The notes: generated by a model from the letters alone, not told the origin. 16,525 bases of DNA from Azolla caroliniana (GCA_043228905.1 JBHGNT010000740.1:1-16525), one strand, 5' to 3'. Numbered from the stretch's first letter, positions 1-9,560 are shown. Made by a program: numbers and translations.

Positions 1-1215
1 AAAAATCAAATAATTTGTATATCGAATTAGTCACCATCAATCAGCACAGAGTTGATACCCCAATACTTACACTATTCACATAACATGCATTTTTAAACCA
101 GAATTTTTTGAAAACATGAACATGCATCTGACTGAATCCTGTAACCAGAAATAATAGTACCTCAAAGTATAGATGGATTTGTTACTTCCATTTTTCAATC
201 AAATAAATAAGCTGTAAGGTGTATGGCATTTTCAGTCTCTTCTCTTCTTTGTATCATGCACACACTCTGCCATACATATATATTGTCAACAGTCATAACT
301 ACTTTCAGTAGTCATCATTGCGGTTAGTATTTACCGATCTGATAGCCTCTTACACCACTCTACTCTATTGGACACAAAGTCAAAGTCATGAGCAGCTCTA
401 TGAAAGTATCAGATTGCCTAAATATGAAACGTAACATTACTATTGTCGAGATAACTTTGTAATTTCTGTGAAATTTTCAGGCTATAACTGATTGCAAACC
501 CAGGAAATCCCAGGAAACAGTTTCGAGTTTGTAAAATTTCAGTGAAACTAATAGGCTATTTTCTGAAATGAAATCTAGGAGAAGCTGCTCTTCTTCAGTA
601 AACATAGTGACATTCATGATTTATAATTCCAGGTAAAAATGGAAGGTCAAGTTTGCAAATTTCATGAAATTATCAATTAAATCTACAAAATGGTCTTTTT
701 CTTGTTCATTTCATACACAAGGTAAACAGAAGAGAGATAGTGATGAGGTTTGAATCTAAAACCTACATGAAATTCAATTCCAGAGATAGCATAGACTTAG
801 CCATTAATCTGAAATTCTCTGATTACATCTTTTCGGTGACATGAACTTTGAATCAGTACTCAATCCCAGTTCATCTAGCATATTGAATCAAAAAGTTAAA
901 TGAATGTCTATTGCCCTATATGAGATTCTCATTTATCAAGATGATAAAAACACAGTTAGATTTTCCTAGAAAGCATGCATTTCGAATCAGAATCCATTCT
1001 GCAAGCATGGCATTGCATGATCGACAAGATACATGAACAAACCTATTTTCAAAAGGAATGGAATAATCGTAAGTTGAATGAACACAGACTTCGCACTTAA
1101 ATGAACAACAATTCTGAAAACGACATCAAAGAAGCTACATGGAAGTCGACTGCAGGGAATAGTACGGAAAGGAAACAACGTTCTTCTACGAAGCGAGAAG
1201 GGAGTATATGCTTAC

Positions 1216-1413
1216 CTCATTCTTCAGGTTGAGAGCATATCGCAGAAATCGCTGGGACAGAATTGGAGACGAGGGGAGAAGAAGGGAAGAAGAATACATT
1301 CTTCCGTCGTCATCGTCGTCATGGTCTTGTTTTCCGACTGTACATTCAGGGGTCTGAGGGCGTTCTTCGAAATCTGGGAGGCGATTAAAGAAGCAGCGTG
1401 GTTGAGCTGCCAT
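1216..1413 (-). CDS. LanC-like protein (GCR2/GCL2-type), first coding exon; the gene continues beyond the window start
   Basis: ATG in GCCATGG context at 1413; 66 codons MAAQPRCFFNRLPDFEE...SLLLPSSPILSQRFLRYALNLKNE end at a phase-0 GAG|GTAAGC donor. Resembles, from memory, the plant LanC-like N-terminus (RFFxNxMPdF...LLSlPy..lSekl.RyAL.lK..|VV.ETW). No exon 2 seen in 1-1215. Confidence 0.75.
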
Positions 1414-1460
1414 GGCTCCTTTGATCAGTCTGTTTTTGCTTCTCTGCTGCCTCTTGGGTT

Positions 1461-1469
1461 TTAGGGTTT
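1461..1469 (-). promoter_or_regulatory. Telo-box (AAACCCTAA) just upstream of the LanC-like ATG
   Basis: Exact ttagggttt on +, about 50 bp upstream of the ATG, a typical leader position. Function is inferred. Confidence 0.4.
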
Positions 1470-1533
1470 TGCTGTAACCAAAGGCAAGTAAAACAGAGTA
1501 CTGTTACCTGTATGTGCTTCATATATGTAATGC

Positions 1534-1676
1534 CTCTCTCTATCTATCTTAATCTATCTATCTTAATCTATCTTAATCTATCTTATCTATCTTAATCTAT
1601 CTTAATCTTATCTATCTTAATCTATCTTAATCTTATCTATCTTTATCTATCTTAATCTATCTATCTTAGTCTATCT
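1534..1676. repeat. Compound microsatellite (CT)n/(TATC)n/(TATCTTAATC)n
   Basis: Directly visible interleaved TATC and TATCTTAATC units. Confidence 0.95.
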
Positions 1677-3176
1677 ATGCGTGTAAAAAACACTACTTAC
1701 AATGGATGCGAAATTATGCATCGGATGAATACACTACGATGTCTTGTGGATTTTTTTCATGCAAAGATCAATAGTGTCTATCGTTCCCTAACCCCTCACC
1801 ACAAATCGATAATATATTCGACGATTTCTAATCTTGTAGCGATCCGGGACTTCGCATGTAGGTATATGTCATAGACAAGGTATTGTGATGGAAAGTTCTC
1901 GAGGTTTGCCTAGATCTGCTTGGGCACACACTTATGAATATGCATGCATACATACATACATACAGGATCTGCATGTGGATGGTGAAGTAGGATTTCTATT
2001 GTGGAGGATCTACGACTTCTTCAAAAAACTAGGGCTTCCCTTGATTAGAGTAGACAAAATTTTTGCGAAAAAGTGCATGAGACAAGGCAACCAAAGGCAA
2101 CAATAGAGGAATTCTCGACTTTGCATTGAGGACTTTTTCAATGCAAGCATCAACTTGTACAACTAAGATGATGTATTCAGGACGGAGTTCTTGAATCATT
2201 TCATTAATCCAATTTTCAACCCTTGAGTTTAGGGTTTTTCTTACATGCAAAACTATTAAATTCATATCAATGTGCAAATAGCTATGCAATTATTTAGGAT
2301 GCCAAAATAGCCAAAAGGCAATGTACAAAATTGATGTCTACGAGTAGGATTGTTTTTGCTATTGATATCTAGTTTCATGTTTCTTTCCTAGGGATGAGCT
2401 GAGCCTTAATACATTGCTTTCCATGCCACACGCATATTGACCAACACTAGAATCAAAATATGTTTTAAAGATTTACAATAAAGTGAATGCCAATTGCAGT
2501 ACTAACGTGCATATCACGATAATACTGTTTACATTTTTCTGTCAGCCTACATATATTATAAAAGCAAACCACCAAGCAAAGCCAATGTGTTGGCAATTTT
2601 AAACTGATTAATATTATCACAAAACCAAGGTAGAGATCTTTTTTTATAAACTCAACTTCAACATAATGACCAAAATGCATGGTATATTAGAGCTTCTCGT
2701 ACACTAAATATAAACATAGGTTGAAGTTGCAGCCAACTTGAAGATCATATTTCACATATTCAATTAAATCTTCGAGGCCCATTTGGTTCTATTGCCATAT
2801 TTGAAAGCATAGAAGTGGGGAATGGTTCCATACCTTCTAGCTTAAAAACAAGTCCATTAATCTCCATAAAACAAAAGCAGATTTTACGTTTTAAAAAAAA
2901 CTGGTATGTACAATTACCAGCCAACTGCCCAACGTTAAACTCTTTATGACTAAAGATGGATGGGTCTCATAAACAAATGAACCTCTTCAAACCAAACCAA
3001 TCAAAAAACACCTTTCGTTTCTCACTGACTGATAAGAGTTTCCATTCAGGATAACATAAAAGAGTGTTACAAATAACTAACTAATCGACATAGAGAGAAT
3101 CCATGGGGATAGTACAACAACAATATGCTGTGGACAAAGGAAAAAACATTTCTTTTGTTTTTTGTTTTTTAATGTG

Positions 3177-3467
3177 TTAAACATGAGCCCGCTTATTGCT
3201 CGTACAAGCGGGACACTTGTATTGTTCTATGTGCTCAGCCTTTGCGGCAGTGATTTTCACGCATTTACCATGATACCATTTCTCACAAAGATCGCACCCT
3301 ATCCAGAACTCAGCCCCCGAGTACAAACCCGCACATATACCACAATATGTCTCATTTTCCTCCTCATCTTCTTCATAGTTTTCATCTTCTTCTTGTGGTG
3401 CCTTTGCCGGCTTATTATCCGGTGGCTGCTTTGATGGCTTCTCGTGTGGCTGCTTCGATGGCTTCTC
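3177..3467 (-). CDS. Alfin-like exon 5 (acidic linker + PHD finger)
   Basis: GCACAG acceptor, [16 protein letters not shown]...[14 protein letters not shown]...[15 protein letters not shown] stop at 3179-3177. Confidence 0.95.
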   Translation of the reverse strand, partial: EKPSKQPHEKPSKQPPDNKPAKAPQEEDENYEEDEEENETYCGICAGLYSGAEFWIGCDLCEKWYHGKCVKITAAKAEHIEQYKCPACTSNKRAHV

Positions 3468-6400
3468 CTGTGCATATTAATACAAAAAAAGAGATATCGA
3501 ATAATCATTTTATTATCACATGCCCATTATGTTGAAATGTGTGTTTTATGCTTGTTCAATGTTTCTGGAAATGCATGTCTTAGAAACCAAAACAAAATCG
3601 TACTATCATTGGAGAGTTTATGTCTCAGAAACCCAAACAATGATTCTATCATCATGATAATGTTGAAAAAGCATGTTTAAAAACAAAACAACAGCATATT
3701 GACATGCATTCAAAATGTTTTGCTTTTCTTAATTAGTGTATATTATCACATAATGTTTCCCCTAACATGCCTCATCATTACCTTTTTAACACTCGACTTT
3801 GCATTGTTTGTGCCGTTGACAGAAGTAATCTTTTCCTTAGTAGATTTTCGTCCACTCACTACCTCGTACACTGTTGGAAGCTCATTTATCATGCTGAACA
3901 GCCGTTTCCTGTACAAAAATGCCAACTAGCCTACGTCAGCAGTGATATAAAGCATTTCCAATAGGAGCTCAATGCTTTCTATATATCTAAATCTTCCAAT
4001 ATATATAATCTGTCATTCCAGAGATTCCCAAACACAATGAAAAACAATCAAAATTCGTGTACATTGAATACATTGTTTGTCACTAAGTTCATCCTATTGT
4101 AATGCAATCCCATAAACCATCTAGATATTCATTCTTATGTATTACATCCTTCTAAACCATTGAAACCATAAAAACATGGTCATTGCACAAAAAGGGCTGG
4201 GGTTCATATTATTCTGATGCAATCCCAAAAATAAAGGCTGTTACCAATATGTAGCAACATCAAGAATGCTGAATCAAGCTGATAAAATAGCAGAATCAGG
4301 ATAATGAAACAGCATCATCAACGCAAAATGAACATAAGACTGCATCACAAATTCACAAAAGATGCACCGGGAACATTGAATCAAGATGATGAAACAGCAT
4401 AGTAACGAATGCTGAATGAATATGGGATTGCTTCATGAATTCACAACGGATGCAATGGAAGTGCTGAATTATATGAAACAGTATTGATGATGCCCAGAAG
4501 TGCTGAATCAAGATCAAAACAACGCAGTACAACAAATACAGATAAAATATAAAAACAATGTACAGAAGCTGTATTTATAATGTTTGCTACAATATCTATA
4601 GAGAAATGAACAAAAACCTGAGAAAATACATCTTATGAATGAACATTTAGTCATAATCTTAACTATAAACTGATAAATCTGAGAAAAGATGCATTGTGAA
4701 TACTGAATCAAGACCAAAACAGTGCATAGAACATACATTGTAATAGTTGCTATGGTACAAAGCATAGAATATCTATATATATTATTTATTACGATATGGA
4801 AAATGAACAAACATGAAATATAAGATGAATTTCTAATTCACGCTGCAGTATGAACAAATAAACAAATATGCATATAAGAAATACACTTTTTGCTTGCAAT
4901 AGTATAGATAGATTAAAAATAAATAGAAAAACAAAAATGAGAAAAGATTACCCACCTATCGTTTCTGTTAAACCGAGCGCAGAAATAGAAAGCAACAGCA
5001 TAGAGCCATGAATCACTGTGAACAGCGATGAGCGATAACCAGTCTTTATGCTCCATTCCATCTCTAGCAAAATTGATGCCCAGAGCAGGTTCTGGAAGCT
5101 CAGGTGGAACTTCAGCTGCTGGAAGTGTAACTTCCCAATTCCCTTTTGGATCACCATAAAGGCATAAATTCTCCTTCTCTGCACATGACAGACACCATGT
5201 CAGAAAAATCACTATATCCCTCTTGTTAATTGAAAAAACTCCTTTCACAAACAATGACGCCATGGCTACGTTTATTATAAAGTCTTGTATATGATTGAAA
5301 CATAGAGAAACATCTTATCTATCTCCTGATTTAAAAAGGCCTTTTGTACTTCTACAAATATAACTCTCTAAGAACGGCTAATTATCCATAATCATGCTCA
5401 GTAGAGCCAAAACACGTTGAAAATCATTATAATTTCCCTCTTCCAATTCAACAAAAGTTTTTCACATGTCCAAGACATATCTTGTCATGTCTCAATATAA
5501 TCGAAATGTTGAGCATCTGAATATCTTTAGATTCAAAAAAGGATCTGATGAATTATCGTATCTATATAGTGCGAAACTCTCTTCATCACAAATGACTAAA
5601 AAAAAATTCACTGCTTAGCAAAAACCTAAAATTTCATTTAATGCATCACAGAATCAGCATTTCCTCTGATTTAAGTAGAAAAATCGTCCTACAAAAGAAT
5701 CCCAGTGAGACATGCGTAAGTATAACATATAGTTCTAAATATACTCCAAAACCATGAGTGTAATAAATACCTTTATTAAGAACTACAATAAAAAAACTCA
5801 ATTATAACAGAAAAGACATCAGTAATCTTGAAAACTCCTAACTGCATTGGAAAAACTCAGGTTTTTGCAAAGAGAAAGTAATACCTGGATCGCACTGGTC
5901 ATAGAATTCCCTCACATCTGAAAAAACAAAAATATACGAAATTCATAGACCTCAGAACCGAAAATAAAAAAAGATAAGACTTAGAAAAAATACAACAAAA
6001 TACAGTTGAAATGCACAGATGTTCGATTGATAATGATTTTAGGGTTTCATATTTACTCCAGAACAGAAAGAAAAAAACACTGATGATGAATTTCGAGTTT
6101 CATATTGACTTCACGCATAAATATAAAAATACACATAAAATTCACAGAACTTAGATTTGTTATGCTTTTAGGGTCTTCGATTGATTCCTTGACAGAAACT
6201 TTAAAAACAAACAATAAGAAATTACGAAGATAAGGAATTCACAGGCTCCGGATTGATGATGGTTTTAGTGTTTCAGATTGTCTTCAGGACAGAAAATTCA
6301 AAAAAATAAATAAAGACTAATGATGATTTTAGGGTTTCAGATTAGCAGTCGAACAGAACAGAAAAACTAATACAAAAGGTAAAGCTTGATATTGATTACA

Positions 6401-6670
6401 GGGTTTTATATTGACATCACAGAAGAAATATAGTATATATATGGAGTTCACACACATCAGATTGATGATGATTTTGGAACTTTCGGAATGGCTCAAGAGC
6501 AGAAAAATAGAGATAAATCAATAATAACCATAGCTACATGTAGGTCCTTGGTTATGGCTAAGCTTTCGGCTCTCACCTGTTGTAAGGGCTTTGATTAATC
6601 CAGACCTTCTTCCTCTATAGTCTTCAAAAATCTCTTCAACAGTAGTAGGCATAGCTGCAGAACCTTCCAT
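3177..6670 (-). CDS. PHD finger protein ALFIN-LIKE (AL1/AL2-like); join(6670..6577,5917..5885,5178..4956,3908..3782,3467..3177), 255 aa
   Basis: Exons of 94+33+223+127+291=768 nt join in frame across GT-AG introns. Alfin/PAL domain [42 protein letters not shown]...[33 protein letters not shown]; C-terminal C4HC3 [32 protein letters not shown]. Confidence 0.97.
3782..3908 (-). CDS. Alfin-like exon 4
   Basis: TTTTTGTACAG acceptor, [21 protein letters not shown]...SSVKK, AAG|GTAATG donor. Confidence 0.95.
4260..4732. repeat. Degenerate repeat family in Alfin intron 3 (core gaa(t/g)tgctgaatcaagat..aaacagca)
   Basis: Recognisable copies near 4264, 4370, 4408, 4458, 4497 and 4698. Confidence 0.6.
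4956..5178 (-). CDS. Alfin-like exon 3
   Basis: TGCAG acceptor, [11 protein letters not shown]...[12 protein letters not shown](R), AG|GTGGGT donor. Confidence 0.95.
5885..5917 (-). CDS. Alfin-like exon 2 (33 nt)
   Basis: TTTTCAG acceptor, (D)[11 protein letters not shown]|GTAT donor. Confidence 0.95.
6025..6508. repeat. Seven-copy degenerate ~45-bp repeat with telo-box core in Alfin intron 1
   Basis: Consensus about GATTGATGATGATTTTAGGGTTTCAGATTGACTTCAGGACAGAAA; copies start near 6025, 6079, 6154, 6251, 6315, 6384 and 6460. Confidence 0.75.
6577..6670 (-). CDS. Alfin-like exon 1
   Basis: [31 protein letters not shown] followed by G|GTGAGA donor. Confidence 0.93.
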
Positions 6671-6858
6671 ATCCAGACGATGGGGAGAACAACGCAAAGA
6701 AGCAGGGAATTTTTACTCAGATATATTTGTAATGAAAGGAGGAGGAGTTGGAAGCCATGGAAGGTCTACTGTTATTCTTAATGTTGTCTGAGAAAGAAGG
6801 TCAGGCCATGACTCTGTTTTTGTTTTTGTTTTTGTTTTTGTTCTGGTTTTGGAGGGGA

Positions 6859-6907
6859 TGTGTGTGTGTGTGTTAATGTTGAAGAAGAAGAAGAAGAAGA
6901 AGAAGAA
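6859..6907. repeat. (TG)7 and (GAA)9 microsatellites in the Alfin leader/promoter
   Basis: Directly visible; reads CTT-rich on the sense strand, typical of plant 5' UTRs. Confidence 0.9.
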
Positions 6908-7874
6908 GGGAAGAACAGAGAGAAGAAGAAATCAACAATGTGTGTGCTAATTAATAGAGAGCATGGTGGAATGGCCCCTTAACTAAACCTATATGTTCTC
7001 GACCAAAGAACTACCTCTCTTATGATCACCATTGTTCTCTCGATCTCTTCGTATGTATTCACGAGACGCCTCACATGTTGGCCTCTCCATCAAGATCGAG
7101 AGAGTGTGTCCATGAGTGAGTGAGCGAGCCCAGATGGTTGTACCTCAACTGGTAATGGTGTTGGCTAAGCCACCAATTATCAAAGAATGTTATGTCATTC
7201 CAAGTAAACATAGTAGAGTGACATTAGATATAACCATGGCATTTGTCAATAGATGTGAAGAACCTAAAGGAGTGGATATGGAGAGAGAAACATTAGTCTT
7301 TGTACTTTTGGCTATTTGGACAAGTTTTTGGGCACTCTGGACTGTCTAGACAGTCCCCAATAGTAAGGTCTTTGATCGAAATCAACCGCATGAAGTTAGC
7401 TTCTTTAAGCAATCCCTCAGGCAATCTTTGTTTGATTGTTTGCAACTTAGAGACATTAAACTACAAGTTTACACTCTTTACTTCAAGTGCTTCTAAGTTC
7501 TTTAGTGTCTAATCGACATTTGTATACTTCTCTTTATTCTTTGTGGGTCTTCACATCACTTGGAGCTTTCCCACTAGTAATAAAAGTGTTACTAAAAAAA
7601 GACATTAGTCTTTGTGGAATAATTAAAACAAAGACTTTATCAATATGAAATTGAAATGAGTAATTGTGCGGAGAGCCATAAGTAAGAGGTCTGACCTCGA
7701 GTTTTGATATAGGATGCCTTCAAAGGTAACCTTACTTCCATTGTGAACAAGTAAGCAACATAGGGGTAGCCTTTAGGTAGCTAACTAGCATTAAGCCAAA
7801 AAGGATACGCAAAACACTAGCTAATGAGTTTTAAAGCAAAATCGAGTTCCAAGTAATGTGCTTATCAGTGCCAA

Positions 7875-8164
7875 CCATGCCTAGAACTAAATTTGCAAAT
7901 ATCCTAATATAGACAGAGCTGAGACAGTCTTTGCTTGAAGCAAATGCCAGAACACAATATTATATCATGTATAATTTTCGAAGTCTATAAAAGCACACCT
8001 ATCAAAAAGCTTTGTTCTCGCCATTGCTAGAACTAGACAGCAAATATCTTAATATCAGCAGAGCTGACACGGAGTACCTTTCATTGAACCAAATACTGGA
8101 ACATGATGTTACAATATGTATGATTTCCCAAGCCTAAAAAAGGGCATCTATCAAAAAACTTTGT
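7875..8164. repeat. Diverged tandem duplication, 2 copies, ~146-bp period
   Basis: ccatgcctagaacta...gcaaatatcctaatat..cagagctgagac...ctatcaaaaagctttgt (from 7875) versus ccattgctagaacta...gcaaatatcttaatat..cagagctgacac...ctatcaaaaaactttgt (from 8021). Confidence 0.85.
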
Positions 8165-9065
8165 GCACTTAATGATGTTTTCCAAGAATTTTTGATCCAA
8201 AATTTTATTTGATTTGAATTAAGGGTGAAAACACATAGTGTCTACAAACATATTTAAATTTCATGTTTGGCCAATGAAAAATCTTGATTGCTCTTAATTA
8301 AGCTTCTTTAGTATAGCATTATTTTCAAATTCTCAGGGATTTATGTTAGGTTTCCCTTTCCCTTTTAAAAGTGTTCGCAGTAACCATATTCAAGAACTTC
8401 CTCAATATGATATTTTTCTCATTAGCAAGTGACATGTTTCTGTATCATCGATCTTCTTTATTTCTTCCTTCTTTCAGTTTCGTCATATAAGGATTGTCCT
8501 GCATTGGTAAGCTACATAAGTAACCAATACACGTTTATATCTCACTGACTGCTACTTTACTACATGTCACTATTGCAGAATGTAGGTATTGAAGGAATGA
8601 TCTTCTGGTTCGCTGGAAGATCACACGCTCACTCATACACACACATTCTCTCTCTCTCTCTCTAGATACCAAAAGATACAATACATCTAACTTGAGAATC
8701 TGACATTTGCCAAAAACCAGATTCCCTCATCTCTTTTTATCTTATATACTTTTATATTTACGGAGTATTACGTACTTTTTTTTTTTAATTTGTTGTTCTC
8801 AAAGAAGAGACAACACTTAAGATGTAATCTCTCGTTTGGACTTATAGGCCATTTTGGCCTTTTAAAATACGTTAATATATCTTTTCTTTTTCTTTTTTCT
8901 TTCTAGCTATACAGTAGTTGGTAAGCCTGGAATTTTCTAGTCCATAAACCAGGTGTCCAAATCTGACGACATGCAGGGATTTCCTATGCAGAATGTAGGT
9001 GCTGAACGCAACGAGCTTCGGGTCTCAGCCCTACTGAACATACCAAGTGAGGTACAAGCCATATG

Positions 9066-9067
<2 letters not shown>

Positions 9068-9099
<32 letters not shown>
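9068..9099. repeat. (CT)16 microsatellite
   Basis: Directly visible. Confidence 0.95.
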
Positions 9100-9102
<3 letters not shown>

Positions 9103-9338
9103 GAGAATCAATTACTCACCTCCTCCATACATGGCTCGTTACGCGATGGAGCTCGAAACGCGGCTGTCTCTGAGAACTCTCTCTTCCGCTCTGTCTCCGT
9201 GACTGACTCTCTCTCTCTGTCTGTCTGTCTGTCTGTCTGTCTCTGCTGTCCCGATCGGGGGTCCCGGGCCCTGTGTGTCTGTGCCTCTGAGGGTTCTCTG
9301 CTCCTTCAGAGACTAGAAATTGTGGGAGAGAAGAGAAA

Positions 9339-9341
<3 letters not shown>

Positions 9342-9370
<29 letters not shown>
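9342..9370. repeat. (AG)n microsatellite
   Basis: Directly visible. Confidence 0.95.
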
Positions 9371-9372
<2 letters not shown>

Positions 9373-9560
9373 TTAACGTCTTTTAAGAGGCCAAAATGGC
9401 CTATAAAAAACCAAATAAGAGATTACATCTTCTTAAGTGTTGTCTCGTCTTTAAGAGAGTGAAACATAGTAGGAGAAACGTGAAAATCAGAGTAACAGAG
9501 TAGGACAAAATCAGACGAAAATCACAAGAAAAAGGAGGAGAAAGAGAGGAAGAAGAAGAA

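Larger units (their letters stand above)
8801..9452. repeat. Inverted duplication with arms 8801-8878 and 9370-9452
   Basis: Manual alignment of arm 1 to the reverse complement of arm 2 gives about 7 mismatches and two short gaps over ~80 bp. Confidence 0.9.

Noticed and set aside
1472-1507. Apparent 5' UTR intron GTAACA...TTACAG on the minus strand
   Set aside because: Only 36 nt, shorter than plant introns normally are; no support without reads.
2029-2289. 86-aa minus-strand ORF, faintly like a LINE ORF1 fragment
   Set aside because: Non-ATG start and no diagnostic motif; cannot be supported without a search.
3162-3680. Overlapping small ORFs including a hydrophobic 90-aa plus-strand ORF
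   Set aside because: Antisense or off-frame shadows of Alfin exon 5; the acidic GAA-rich tract gives Phe/Leu runs on the opposite strand.
6025-6508. CRISPR-like repeat/spacer look, or C/D snoRNA cluster (TGATGA words)
   Set aside because: Eukaryotic intron, highly degenerate repeats, low-complexity spacers and no cas genes. The C-box-like words are antisense to the host transcript and lack consistent D boxes or terminal stems.
7036-7103. 11-bp inverted repeat TCTCTCGATCT...AGATCGAGAGA (and a 9-bp one at 2121-2146)
   Set aside because: Short, no TSD and no extended pairing; plausible by chance.
8846-8906. Helitron 3' end (hairpin AGGCCATTTTGGCCT followed by CTAG)
   Set aside because: The hairpin is ~40 bp from the CTAG, the next base is not T, and no 5' TC end or RepHel sequence is seen.
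9199-9462. 87-aa plus-strand ORF (SLSLS...ERERE)
   Set aside because: GTG start and built from microsatellites.
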